Shown: positions 25,476-38,540 of the stretch, one piece after another | Layout: each line of letters opens with the position of its first letter | Position numbering within the stretch: position 1 is the stretch's first letter | Source of the DNA: Malacoraja senta | Taxonomy: Eukaryota | DNA length: 64,000 nucleotides | Assembly: GCA_038087875.1 (NCBI GenBank) | Contig: CM075991.1 | Location: 1,550,001-1,614,000 of the forward strand | Direction of reading: 5' to 3' | Notes under the pieces: generated by a model | Database searches by the model: none | Told to the model about the DNA's origin: nothing | Seen by the model: only the letters and a program-made list of their open reading frames with translations | Translations under genes and position numbers: made by a program

Positions 25476-26395
25476 GGTGCAACAGTACTTTAAAAAGGTA
25501 CCGATGTCAGGACTTGGTAAAGGGGGATGAAAAGTGGCGAGCTGGTATATCCCTTTTGGCCGATGTTCATAATAGAGTATCTGTTTTTCTCTTTTTTCTT
25601 CTTTCTCTTTTTTCTTTCCTAGGGTCTATCTCTTAATCTCTTTTCTCTAATGTCTCGTCTATGGGTTCTTTATTCTTTCCTTTTGACACGCTTTTACATA
25701 ACACTATTTTCTTTCACTTTCTCTTTCTTCTTAATTTCAACCTTTTCTTTTTATTAGCTTTAAAAAATGAAGGAGTACATTAATTGTAATAAGATATACG
25801 TGATGTGCACTAATGTAATTGTTTGTAATTTAATGTACTTCTAATAAATAAAATTTAAAAAAGGAAAAAAAAAGTATACTTTACTGTTTTTGCCACCAAA
25901 GTGGATAACCTCACATTTATCCACATTATACTGCATCTGCCATGCATTGGCCCACTCACCCAACCTATCCGTCACCTTGCAGCCTCCTAGCATTCTCCTC
26001 ACAGCTAAAACTGCCCCCCCAGCTTCGTGTCATCCGCAACTTGGAGATGTTGCATTCAATTCCCTCATCCAGATCATTAATATATAGTGTAAATAGCTGG
26101 GGTCCCAGCACTGAGGCTTGCGGCACCCCACTAGTCACTGCCTGCCATTCTGAAAAGGACCCATTTACTCTTACACTTTGCTTCCTGTCTGCCAGCCAGT
26201 TCTCTATCCACATTAATACTGAACCCCCAATACCATGTGCTTTAAGTTTGCATACTAATCTCTTATGTGGGACCATGGCGAAAGCCTTCTGAAAGTCCAA
26301 TTATAACACATCCACTGGTTCTCCCTTATCCACTCTACTAGTTATATCTTCGAAAAATTCTATAAGATTCGTTAGACATGATTTACCTTTCATAA

Positions 26396-26933
26396 AGGGC
26401 CTGTCCCACGGGCATGCGACTCCATGCGGCTGGCGCGACCTAACCGGAAGCGGGGGCCGTGTGGCGGCCGCGCGAAGGTCGCGAGGCCGATCCCACTTCG
26501 ATCGCCGGAGCCGTATGGAGTTGTGCGGGGCTGGTCCCGACATCGCACGGGGCTCTGAAAAACTGACACTGTCCATAAATTCCGCGCGGCAACGGCCTGC
26601 CGCCCCGCAGCCGCATTGAGGCCACGCGCGCCACATCGACGGCCTTGCGCACCGCCTCGACGCCGTACGCAGCCGCCTCGAGGCCGTGCGCACCGCCTCG
26701 ACGCCGTACGCAGCCGCATTGAGGCCGTGCGCACCGTCTCGACGCCGTACGCACCGTCTGGACGTCACTCGACCTCCGCACGGCCCCCGCTTCCGGTTTG
26801 GTAGCGCTTGCCGCATGCAGCCGCATGCTGGTGGGACTGGCCTTGTACGGGGATTACTCGACCTCCGCGCGGCCCCCGCTTCCGGTTAGGTCGCGCTTGC
26901 CGCATGGAGTCGCATGCCCGTGGGACAGGCCCT
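26396..26933. mobile_element. PIF/Harbinger-type MITE
   Basis: Long TIRs starting AGGGCCTGTCCCACGGGCATGCGACTCCATGCGG; TAA TSD at 26393-26395 and 26934-26936; internal GC-rich ~42-bp tandem repeats. Confidence 0.85.
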
Positions 26934-28337
26934 TAAATCCATGCTGACTTTGTCCAATGAATTTACCACTTTCCAAATGTGCTGCTATCCCATCTTTAAT
27001 AACTGTAGCATTTCCCCCACTACCGATGTTAGACTAACTGGTCTGTAATTCCCCGTTTTCTCTCTTCCTCCCTCTTTAAAAAGTGGGGTTACATTAGCTA
27101 CCCTCCAATCCTTAGGAACTACTCCAGAATCTAAAGAGTTTTGAAAAATTATCACTAATGCATCCACTATTTCTGGGGCTACTTCCTTAAGAACTCTGGG
27201 ATGCAACTTATCTGGCCCTGGGGATTTATCGGCCTTTAATCCATTCAATTTACCTAACACCACTTCCCGGCTAACCTGGATTTCACTCAGTTCCTCCATA
27301 TCATTTGACCCTCGGTCCCCTGCTATTTCCGGCAGATTATTTATGTCTTCCTTAGTGAAGACAGAACCAAAGTAGTTATTCAATTGGTCTGCCATGTCCT
27401 TGTTCCCCATGATCAATTCGCCTGTTTCTGACTGCAAGGGACCTACATTTGTTTTAACTAATCTTTTTCTCTTCACATATCTATAAAAACCTTTGCAGTC
27501 AGTTTTTATGTTCCCTGCCACTTTTCTTTCAGAATCTATTTTCCCTTTCCTAATTAAGCCCTTTGTCCTCCTCTGCTGGACTCTGTATTTCTCCCAGTCC
27601 CCTGGTAGGCTGCTTTTTCTGGCTAATTTGTATGCTTCATCTTTTGTTTTGATACTATCCCTGATTTCCCTTGTTATCCACGGATGCACTACCTTCCCTG
27701 ATTTATTCTTTTGCCAAGCTGGGATGAACAATTGTTGTAGTTCATCCATGCAGTCTTTAAATGCCTTCCATTGCATATCCACCGTCAACCCTTTAAGAAT
27801 CAATTGCCAGTGTATCGTGGCCAATTCACGTCTCATACCCTCAAAGTTACCTTTCTTTAAGTTCAGGACCCTTGTTTCTGAATTAACAATGTCACTCTCC
27901 ATCCTAATGAAGAACTCAACAATATTATGGTCACTCTTGCCCAAGGGGCCACGCACAACAAGACTGCTAACTAACCCTTCCTCATTACTCAATACCCAGT
28001 CTAGAATAGCCTGCTCTCTCGTTGGTTCCACTACATGTTGGTTTAGAAAACTATCCCACATACATTCCAAGAAATCCTCTTCCTCAGCACCCCTGCCAAT
28101 GTGATTCACCCAATCTATATGTAGATTGAAGTCACCCATTATACCTGTTTTACCTTTGTTGCACACATTTCTAATTTCCTGTTTGATGCCATCCCCAACT
28201 CCACTACTACTGTTAGGTAGCCTGTACACAATTCCCACTAGTGTTTTCTGCCCCTTAGTGTTTCGCAGCTCTACCCATATCGATTCCACATCCTCCAAGC
28301 TAATGTCCTTCCTTTCTATTGCGTTAATCTCCTCTCT

Positions 28338-29310
28338 AAAGGGGGGAGCTTGAGTGCCAGGGCAGTTTATTGTTCTGGGTGTCAGATCTGGGAAGTCATG
28401 GAGTCTCATAGCCTTCCAGACGTCCACATCTGCACCAGGTGCGTCGAGATGGGGCTCCTAAGGGACCGTATTAGGTACCTGGAGAAGCAGCTCGATGACC
28501 TCTGGTCAGGAAGAGTAAGGAGGTCATAGAGAGGAGTTATAGAGAGGAGGTCACTCCAAGACCACGGGATGCAGACAAGTGGGTCATGGTTAGGAGGGGC
28601 AGAGGCAGGGACTAAGGAGTACTCCGGTGGCTGTACACCCTGGCAATAAGTACTCCGGTTTGAGTACTGTTGGGGTGGAACAGCCTACCTGGGGGTAGCA
28701 ACAGTGGCCGGGCCTCCGGTACAGAGACCGGCCCTGTTGCTCAGAAGGGTAGGGAAAAGATGAGGAGGGCAATAATAATAGGGGACTCTATAGTTTGGGG
28801 GCCAGATAGGCGATTCTGTGGACGCAGTCAGGAGACCCGTATGGTAGTTTGCCTCCCTGGTGCCAGGGTCTGGGATGTGTCTGAACGTGTCCAACATATC
28901 CTGAAATGGGAGGGAGAGGAGCCTGAGGTCGTGATACATATAGGTACCAATGACATTGGTAGAAAAAGAGAAGAGGTCCTGAAAGGAGGATTTAGGGAGT
29001 TAGGAAGAGAGTTAAGGAGAAGGACCGCAAAGGTAACAATCTCAGGATTACTGCCTGTGCCACGCGACAGTGAGAGTAGGAATGGAGCGAGGTGGAGGAT
29101 AAATGCGTGGCTGAGGGACTGGTGCAGAGGGCAGGGATTCAAGTTTCTGGATCATTGGGATCTCTTTTGGGGAAGGTGTGACCTGTACAAAAAGGACGGG
29201 TTGCACTTGAACCCGAGGGGACCAATATCCTGGCGGGGAGATTTGCAAAGGCTACTGGGGAGACTTTAAACTAGAACAGTTGTGGGGAGGGGGGACTCAA
29301 ATAGAGAAAC
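28338..29310 (+). mobile_element. CR1 ORF1 (Cys zinc finger + coiled coil + SGNH esterase), disrupted
   Basis: CSGC...CTRC; IIGDSIV, CLPGA, HIGTND, DGLHLN. Confidence 0.88.
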
Positions 29311-29319
29311 TGAGAGACC

Positions 29320-32300
29320 CAGGAACCGTTGGTGAGGGAGGAGCGGCGTCCGGGCAGTGAGTATAATCCTCGACCGCGGGGCTTGTTTCCACAGAGCGTC
29401 AGGAACCGTTGGTGAGGGAGGAGGAACCCAAATCTGTAACATTCCAACGTTACACTCGCACTCCACAGTTCAAAACAAGTGGGCTTGAGGAAGCCGCTGA
29501 TTGGTGGAAGTGGACTAGTGGAAGCAGCTGATTGGGTGTCAGATCCTTGCTGATTTCTTCCAGCAGTTTGTATTGTATTGTATTGCACTTTGTATTGTAT
29601 TGTATTGCACTTTGTATTGTATTGTATTGCACTTTGTAGTGTATCCAGGGTAAGGGAGGAGTATGAGGGCCAGGGCAGTTTACTGTTCTGGATGTCAGAT
29701 GTGGGAAGTCATGGAGTCTGATAGCCCTCCAGACGTCCACATCTGCGCTAGGTGCGTCGAGATGGGGCTCCTAAGGGACTGTGTTAGGAACCTGGAGCAG
29801 CAGCTCGATGACCTCCGTCTGGTCAGGGAGAGTGAGGAGGTCATAGAGAGGATTTATAGAGAGGTGGCCACTCCAAAACCATGGGAGACAGACAAGTGGG
29901 TCACAGGTAGGAGGGGCAAGGGGCAGAGGCAGGGACTAGAGAGTACCCTGGTGGCTGTACACCTTGGCAATAAGTACTCCTGTGTGAGTACTGTTGGGGG
30001 GGACAGCGTACCTGGGGGTAAGGAAAAGAAGAGGCGGGCAGTAGTAATAGGGGACTCTATAGTTAGGGGGTCAGACAGGTGATTCTGTGGACGCAGTCGG
30101 GGACCAATATCCTGGTGGGGAGATTTGCAAAGGCTACTGGGGAGACTTTGAACTAGAATGGTTGGGGGGAGGGACTCAAATAGAGAATGCTAGTAGACAG
30201 GGTGTGAGGCAGGAGGTAGAAAAGGGAAGCACTCAGACCCAACACGTAGGGGAGAAAGAATAAAAAGATAATAAACAGAGAATAAGAGGATGTGGGTTTC
30301 TTAAATGTGTGAGCAGAGAGACAGAGGGGTGTAAAATGAGGGTAGAAGCAATAGGTAGCAAGGTGAAAAGTAAAAGTGGCAGGCAGACAAATCCCGGGCA
30401 AAAATAAAAAACGGCCAATTTTCAACATAATTGTATAAGGGGTAAGAGTGTTGTAAAAACAAGCCTGAAGCCTTTGTGTCTCAATACAAGGAGCATTCGT
30501 AATAAGGTTGATGAGTTGAATGTGCAGATAGTTATTAATGAATATAATATAGTTGGGATCACGGAGACATGGCTCCAGGGTGACCAAGGCTGGGAGCTGA
30601 ACATCCAGGGATATTCAATATTCAGGAGGGATAGACAGAAAGGAAAAGGAGGTGGGCTAGCGTTGCTGGTTAGAGAGGAGATTAACACAATCGAAAGGAA
30701 GGACATTAGCTTGGTGGATGTGGAATAGATATGGGTAGAGCTGCGAAACACTAATGGGAAGAAAACGCTAGTGGGAGTTGCGTACAGGCCACCTAACAGT
30801 AGTAGTGGAGTTGGGGATGGCATCAAACAGGAAATTAGAAATGCGTGCAACAAAGTTAAACAGTTATAATGGGTGACTTCAACCTACATATAGATTGGGT
30901 GAATCAAATTGGCAGGGGTGCTGAGGAAGAGGATTCTTGGAATGTATGCGGGATAGTTTTCTAAACCAACATGTAGAGGAACCAATGAGAGAACAGGCTA
31001 TTCTAGACTGGGTATTGAGTAATGAGGAAGGGTTAGTTAGCAGTCTTGTTGTGCGTGGCCCCTTGGGCAAGAGTGACCATAATATGGTTGAGTTCTTCAT
31101 CAGGATGGAGAGTGACATTGTTAATTCAGAAACAAGAGTTCTGAACTTAAAGAAAGGTAACTTTGCGGGTATGAGACATGAATTGGCCAAGATAGACTGG
31201 CAATTGATTCTTAAAAGGTTGATGGTGGATATGCAATGGAAGGCATTTAAAGACTGCATGGACGAACTACAACAATTATTCATCCCAGTTTGGCAAAAGA
31301 ATAAATCAGGGAAGGTAGTGCATCCGTGGATAACAAGGGAAATCAGGGATAGTATCAAAACAAAAGATGAAGCATACAAATTAGCCAGAAAAAGCAGCCT
31401 ACTGGGAGAAATTCCGAGTCCAGCAGAGGACAAAGGGCTCAATTAGGAAAGGGAAAATAGATTATGAAAGAAAACTGGCAGGAACATAAAAACTGACTGC
31501 AAAAGTGTTATAGATATGTGAAGAGAAAAAGATTAGTTAAAACAAATGTAGGTCCCTTGCAGTCAGAAACAGGTGAATTGATCATGGGGAACAAGGACAT
31601 GGCAGACCAATTGAATAACTACTTTGGTTCTGTCTTCACTTAGGAAGACATAAATAATCTGCTTGAAATAGCAGAGGATCGGGGGTCAAATGAGATGGAG
31701 GAACTGAGTGAAATCCAGGTTAGTCGAGAAGTGGTGTTAGGTAAATTGATTGGATTAAAGGCTGATAAATCCCCAGGGCCAGATAGGCTGCATCCCAGAG
31801 TACTTAAGGAAGTAGCCCCAGAAATAGTGGATGCATTAGTGATAATTTTTCAAAACTCTTTAGATTCTGGAGTAGTTCCTGAGGATTGGAGGGTAGCTAA
31901 TGTAACCCCACTTTTAAAAAAGGGATGGAGAGAGAAAACGGGGAATTACAGACCAGTTAGTCTAACATCGGTAGTGGTGAAAATGCTACAGTTATTAAAG
32001 ATGGGATAGCAGCACATTTGGAAAGTGGTGAAATCATTGGACAAAGTCAGCATGGATTTATGAAAGGTAAATCATGTCTGACTAATCTTATAGAATTTTT
32101 CGAGGATGTAACTAGTAGAGTGGATAAGTGGATGTGTTATATCTGGACTTTCGGAAGGCTTTCGACAAGGTCCCACATAAGAGATTAGTATGCAAACTTA
32201 AGGCACATGGTATTGGGGGTTCAGTATTGATGTGGATAGAGAACTGGCTGGCAGACAGAAAGCAAAGAGTAGGAGTAAACGGGTCCTTTTCAGAATGGCA

Positions 32301-33280
32301 TGCAGTGACTAGTGGGGTACCGCAAGGCTCAGTGCTGGGACCCCCAGCTATTTACAATATATATTAATGATCTGGACAAGGGAATTGAATGCAACATCTC
32401 CAAGTTTGCAGATGACACGAAGCTGGGGGGGCACTGTTAGCTGTGAGGAGGATGCTAGGAGGCTGCAAGGTAACTTGGATAGGTTGGGTGAGTGGGTAAA
32501 TGCATGGCAGATGCAGTATAATGTGGATAAATGTGAGGTTATCCACTTTGGTGGCAAAAACAGGAAAGTAGACAATCATTGAAAGTAGGCATGCAGGTGC
32601 AGCAGGCAGTGAAGAAAGCGAATGGTATGTTAGCATTCATAGCAAAAGGATTTGAGTATAGGAGCAGGGAGGTTCTACTGCAGTTGTACAGCGTCTTGGT
32701 GAGACCACAACTGGAGTATTGCGTACAGGTTTGGTCTCCTAATCTGAGGAAAGACCTTCTTGCCATAGAGGGAGTACAGAGAAGGTTCACCAGACTGATT
32801 CCTGGGATGTCAGGACTTTCATATGAAGAAAGACTGGATAGACTCGGCTTGTACTCGCTAGAATTTAGAGGATTGAGGGGGGGGCATCTTATAGAAACTT
32901 ACAAAATTCTTAAGGGGTTGGACTGGCTAGATGCAGGAAGATTGTTCCCGATGTTGGGGAAGTCCAGAACAAGGGGTCACAGTTTAAGGATAAAGGGGAA
33001 GTCTTTTTGGACCGAGATGAGAAAAACATTTTTTCACACAGAGAGTGGTGAATCTGTGGAATTCTCTGCCACAGAAGGTAGTTGAGGCCAGTTCATTGGC
33101 TGTATTTAAGAGGGAGTTAGATGTGGCCCTTGTGGCTAAAGGGATCAGGTGGTATGGAGAGAAGGTAGGTACAGGATACTGAGTTGGATGATCAGCCATG
33201 ATCATATTAAATGGCGGTGCAGGCTCGAAGGGCCGAATGGCCTACTCCTGCACCTATTTTCTATGTTTCTATGTTTCTAT
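29320..33280 (+). mobile_element. Near full-length CR1 (HER1-type) LINE, degraded, ORF1 esterase deleted near 30098
   Basis: 5' UTR; ORF1 from 29663; ORF2 LNTRSI..ITETW..PGPD..GVPQGSVLG; (GTTTCTAT)n tail. Confidence 0.92.
29568..29645. repeat. (TTGTA)n-based microsatellite expansion in the CR1 5' UTR
   Basis: Repeated gtattgtattgtattgcacttt units; unexpanded in the 12605-12873 copy. Confidence 0.85.
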
Positions 33281-33292
33281 TCGATTGTCATG

Positions 33293-36200
33293 TCAAGTCA
33301 AGTCAAGAGAGTTTATTGTCATGTGTCCCAGATAGGACGATGAAATTCTTGCTTGTTGCAGTACAACAGAATATTGTTAGCAAAAATACAGAACAGGTCA
33401 GTTCAATATACACATAAATAAGCAGATAAAGTGCAATAGGCTGTTACTGTTCAGAGTCTGTTTGTTAGCAAGTTTAATAGCCTGATGGCTGTGGGGAAGT
33501 AGTTGTTCCTGAACCTGGATGTAACAGATTTCAGGCACCTGTACCTTCTGCCCGATGGTAGCGGAGAGATGAGTGCGTGGCCAGGATGGTGTGGGTCCTT
33601 GATGATGTTGGCTGCCTTTTTGAGACAGCGACTGCGATAGATCCCTTTGATGGTGGAGAGGTCAGAGCCGATGATGGACTGGGCAGTGTTTACAACTTTC
33701 TGCATCCTTTTCCGCTCCTGGACGCTCAAGTTTCTGAACCAAGCCACGATGCAACCAGTCAGCGTGCTCTCTACTGTGCACCTGTAGACGTTTGAGAGAG
33801 TCCTCTTTGACATACCAACTCTCCGTAATCATCTCAGGAAGTAGTGGCGCTGATGTGCTTTCTTTATAATTGCATCAGTGTGCTGGGACCAGGAAAGGTC
33901 TTCGGAAATGTGCACGCCCAGGAATTTGAAGTTCTTGACCCTTTCCACCATTGTCCGGTTGATATAAACGGGATTGTGGGTCCCTATCCTACCCCTTCCA
34001 AAGTCCACAATCAGTTCCTTGGTTTTGCTGGTGTTGAGAGCCAGGTTATTGTGCTGGCACCATTTGGTCAATTGGTCGATCTCACTTCTATACTCTGACT
34101 CGTCCCCATCAGTGATACGTCCCACAACAGTGGTGTCGTCAGCGAACTTGATGATGGAGTTCGCACTATGTCCTGCTACGCAGTCATGAACTTAGAGTGA
34201 GTAAAGCAGAGGGCTGAGCACACAGCCTTGAGGTGCTCCCGTGCTGATTGTTATCAAGGATGACACATTTCCACAAATACGGGCAGACTGTGGTCTGTGG
34301 ATGAGGAAGTCGAGGATCCAATTGCAGAGGGATGCGCAGTGACCCAGATCTGAGAGCTTGGTAACCAGCTTGGAGGGGATGATTGTATTAAATGCCGAGC
34401 TGTAGTTAATGAATAACAGCCTGACATATGCATTTTTGTTGACCAATTGGTCCAGAGCGGAGTGGAAAGCCACTGAGATCGCATCCACTGTTGATCTGTT
34501 ATGGCGGAAAGCGAACTGCAGTGGGTCGAGGTTTTTGTCGAGGTAGGAATTGATATGCACCATAATCTACCTCTCAAAGCACTTCATCTCCACAGACATT
34601 AGTGCCACTGGTCGATAGCCATTGAGGCATGTCACCTTGCTCTTCTTGGGCACCGGTATTACAAGTGGGCAGGGCCGGATTTACGTACAGGCTTCATAGG
34701 CTTAAGCCTAGGGCCTCGCGATCTAGGTGGGCCTCGACAGGGCCGGATTTACCTATAGGCTTCATAGGCTGAAGCCTAGGGCCTCAAAATCTAGGGGGCC
34801 TCCTGCCAAGGTGTGTTTTTCCCAGAGTATAAAAAATCCAGAGAAAAAAACAATTGGAGCACTATTAGCGTTTCTACTTTGACGGAAATTACCCGAAATT
34901 CTGGTTCCGTCCCGCTGGAAGTTTTTGGGGAAAAAAATTGTGACCATCCGGGCCTGCGCAGTTGGGGAAAGCCGGTGACGCAGTAGCCTCGCAAAATGAC
35001 GCTGTCTCTCCGCGTGTGTGCAGTGGGCCCGGATGGTTCAGATTTCCATTTGCACTCCACATAATCACCTCGATGCCTCGTGTCTACCAAAGATCCTAGG
35101 TGTCTACTCCAGGTAAGTAGTGGAATATTGTGTTGCGGGAGTGCCCGTTTCTCCGGGCCGGGGGGGGGGGGGCTGCCGTGTCTGTGGCGCGGAGTCGCAG
35201 CTTCGCTGCGTAGGAGGGAGAGAGGGGGAGGGAGGGAGAGAGAGGGGGGATATGAGAGGGGGAAAGGGGGGGAGCAAGATGGAGGGGAGGGGGAGAGAGG
35301 GGGAGGGGGAGAGAGAGAGGGGAAGGCGGAGGGGTGAGAGAGAGATGGGGAGGGTGAGAGAGGTGGAGGGATAGGGAGGGGGAAGGGTGAGGGATGGAGA
35401 GGGAAATGGGGATTCTCTTTAGTGAGGTTGCAAAATTAAGGTAGGTTTTAGAGCAATTATATTTTCTCCTCCATATGAATAATATCAAACAATTGGAACT
35501 ACTTTCTTTTCCTTGATAACAATACTGAAAAATATGAATTCCATAGTTTGCGAATTTCATTTTGCATCATATTCTTAATGTGCACACACTAGCACAGTCG
35601 AACAGTAACAAGCAATCAAATCAACACACAAAACATTTTCCATAAAAAAGGTTTTATTTACTGCAAAAACGTACAGTATTTTATTTGCAGTGTTTGCATG
35701 CTCCTTTATAACATTTTGCATAACATTTTACAGTACAACTTGATTATTAAAACAAGGGCAACTTCAATTCTTGATTTAACAAAATGTATACAACAATGAC
35801 CCCAATCGTCCCATTCCAACCACTCATTACTCTTGACTCAACCAAAATTATTTCTGAAATATTGGTCATATATTTGGTGCAAAAATGCTGCAAAATAAGG
35901 CTCAGAATGCACCAGAGAGCATCTAAAACCCCAGAGCTTCCAGGGCCCGCTTAAGGGCCCTAGATCCCGGCCGCAAGGGTCTTTGAGCTTCGCGCTTGTG
36001 ATATGCGCTGCGTGCACTTATTTCACATACATTTTTTGTAATCCTGCCATGCCACCCCCCTTTTTGAAAAGTTTCGTGCGGGCCTGATGTATAATATTTT
36101 TGACACTGTCATAGGCCTTTCTTACATATGCTGTCACAGTGCACTGTCTCTAAACAACACTTCAGTAATTTTCCTTGCCCTCCATTTCAGAATAATAGTG

Positions 36201-36745
36201 TTTTAAGCCGATAACTTGACACTAGCACTGGCAATAAATAAAAAGCGCAGCTTTCCAGCTTTCTCATTGGCCACTCTCGGCTGCACATCGGTGTCAATCT
36301 GGTGGACTCTTCCATCTTCCTCTTGTCGTGGGGGTGGGGGATTGGCAGGCGCCTCACAGGTAGAATAGCCTAGAGCCTCTCTTCATCTACATCTGGCACT
36401 GCAGGTGGGAACCTCAGACCTCAGAAGTGAGAGGTTGAAAATGGCCGTAAAAGCTCCAGTCATTTGGTCCACACAGGTTTTTAGAACATGACCGGGTATG
36501 CCATCAGGTCCAGGCACTTTCCGAGGGTTCACCCCCTGAAAGATCTTCTGACGTCGGCCTCTGTGACTGTGACTGAAATATCGTCATGGCGAATATTGGG
36601 GCTCGGGAATGCACATCAGTGTTCTTCCTATCAAAGCCTGCGCAAAATGCATTGAGCCCGTCAGGGAGTGATGCCACGCTGACAATTGAGCTGCCTCCTG
36701 ATTTTGCCTTACAAGGTGCTGGTGATCGTTGGTCATAATGTGAGA
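33293..36745 (-). mobile_element. Rex1/Babar-clade LINE, split by a hAT element
   Basis: [48 protein letters not shown]...LPSGRRY; (CTTGA)n tail. Confidence 0.85.
34670..36401. mobile_element. Non-autonomous hAT-type DNA transposon
   Basis: Imperfect TIR CAGGGCCGGATTTA / TACATCTGGCACTG; 8-bp TSD CAAGTGGG 34662-34669 / CAGGTGGG 36402-36409; left end duplicated at 34738. Confidence 0.75.
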
Positions 36746-36976
36746 TTTACATCTAAAATAAGACGTTTTCCTCTGAAAGCGACTGGAAGATGCCTTACCG
36801 GCCTGTCCCCCAGCCTGGCACTGCCCCAGTCCCACTATGGCCGTGACCCCCACTCTGCACACTGGCAGCCAGAGGGGTTCAGTAAACTGGGGAACGCACA
36901 GGATCTGCTCTCACCAATTAATTAGGCGGGTTCAGGAGCCGGTGTAACCTGGGACCTCTGCGGCAGTCCCACTCAC

Positions 36977-37157
36977 CGTTCACCTCCAGTCAGACTCTTG
37001 CCTGAGTTTCTCCTCCTGCAGTTGTTCCAAAAGTCACCTCATATTCACCAGCGTCCTCTCCCCGTAGATCTCGGATTTCCAGACTGAAATTCCCGTGATG
37101 AAGAGTTACCCGTCCCATGTATTTGGCTTAATCGTATTCAATGTTCCCATTCGAGTC
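36977..37157 (-). pseudogene. Ig V-set domain exon fragment (CD2/SLAM/CEACAM/HEPACAM-like N domain)
   Basis: NGNIEYD*AKYMGRVTLHHGNFSLEIRDLRGEDAGEYEVTFGTTAGGETQARV*LEVN, then phase-1 donor G|GTGAGT. Confidence 0.8.
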
Positions 37158-38382
37158 TCAGCGCTACCACAGAACCCACTAAATAGACCACCGCATGGAA
37201 TCCAGCTCCCCATAGAGTAATATACAGCTACCTATTATTGAGCACAAGGCGCTGTTATTTTTACTAATTAGTTTAACTAGTGTGTAACCTTTTGCACTGA
37301 TGAGTTATGAATTCCTTCTCGTTGATTTTTAATCTAAATCTGTGCCAATTTTCAAGTAGATACCAGGGATAGGATACAAAAGTTAAAATCTAGGCACATT
37401 TTGTATGTTCGGCCCACGGTCTAAGTGAGGTTATTATCCATTGGAATTAGACCCAGAGTCAAGGGGCAGACGAATAAAACAAAACATTTATGTTCAGTGA
37501 CCTTGAAGTGTGTTTAGTACATTTGGATTAATCCCCTGGCAGGATCCCATCACGGTGGTGTTTGGGAATGATTGATCCGCATACTTCGAAATGTGCTGCG
37601 CTCTGTTCTTAAACAACAAGTTCTGGACGACGAAGGAGTGCAAACTTTATTTGTGAAATTAAAATATTAACACAAGAACATGAGAAGACAATCCATTTTA
37701 CTGGCAGATATTTAGAATGGTAGATGCTGTTTATTCCAATCAAGTGTAAGGTGTTGCACTTATGGAGGTCGAATATAAGGGGAACGCATACCATAACCTC
37801 TCAAGTCTCCACATCCACCCTAGAATGATGCGACTAAAACTGCCACATATCACCATCGCATGTAGATCCATCTTGCATTTCTCCGCCCATATCTGCAATG
37901 GATCCATACCCTGCTATACCTTACTTGTCACTCTTGACAAACTTCCTTATCACCTATAACCCGATCAATGTTTGTGTCGTCTGCAAACCTACTAACCAAA
38001 TCAAGATTTACTTCCAGTCATTTATATTAATCCCAAGCATCAGAGGTTTCTGCACAGATCCCCATAGACCACAAGTAGTAATAGATGTCTATCCAAAATT
38101 ATATAACACACTTAGACCACTACTTTCCGTCTTCAATGAGTAACCCACTCATAATGCCTCACTAACGCCTAGTAAAGCGTTAGTGTAGCCATCCTCTCTC
38201 ATCATCGTCCATGCAGAAAGCTACATTTACTCTTTTATTCTGGAAGTTAGACCCGAAAGTTGTTTCACTGGAATGTGGGATCATTAGTGGGATCATATAC
38301 TTTCCCCTGGATCTAGAGTGTTCAAAGCATTAATACCAGCAGAATGTCCTTGCTGTTGGTGAGTAATATAGCACATCACCAA

Positions 38383-38540
38383 CAGGTTTGTAGGTTAATT
38401 GTCTTCTGTAAAAAGCGCACATTGTCCCAAGTGTGGAGGATCGTGCTAGTATACGCGGTGATTGCTGGTCTGTGTGGTTTCGGTGGACTGAAGGGCCTGT
38501 TTCCGTGCTGTATCGCTAAAGTAAAGTAAAATAAACTAAA
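38383..38540 (+). mobile_element. SINE 3' half (HE1/V-SINE-type)
   Basis: Matches 54383-54530; ends gggcctgtttccgtgctgtat..(TAAAG/TAAAC)n. Confidence 0.75.

Larger units (their letters stand above)
13654..25873 (+). mobile_element. Full-length L1-clade LINE 'B' (outer), interrupted in its 5' UTR by L1 'A'
   Basis: Starts GACTTCCGGTGGCGCCATG; ORF1 19815-20690; ORF2 21706-25475; AATAAA + polyA ~25844-25873; degenerate TSD 13639-13653 / 25870-25884. Confidence 0.9.
12874..28337 (-). mobile_element. CR1 LINE (5'-truncated in the endonuclease), split by an L1 block (13654-25873) and a MITE (26396-26933)
   Basis: Collinear ORF2 pieces at 26985-28337, 25885-26395 and 12874-13653; ATAGAAAC tail at the left end. 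Confidence 0.88.

Noticed and set aside
26301..26889. Arg/Ala-rich ORFs (also 55951-56599)
   Set aside because: GC-rich MITE interiors bounded by TIRs and TSDs
28670..29269. Host SGNH/GDSL esterase gene
   Set aside because: It is the known esterase domain of CR1 ORF1, in element context
28338..29310. Twin-priming 5' inversion of the minus-strand CR1
   Set aside because: The ORF1 piece joins seamlessly to the 5' UTR at 12605-12873, so nested insertion into a separate plus-strand CR1 is the simpler explanation
37680..38210. Short ORFs as host exons (also 45450-45700 and 59170-59460)
   Set aside because: They resemble heavily decayed CR1 fragments, with no coherent frame or splice sites
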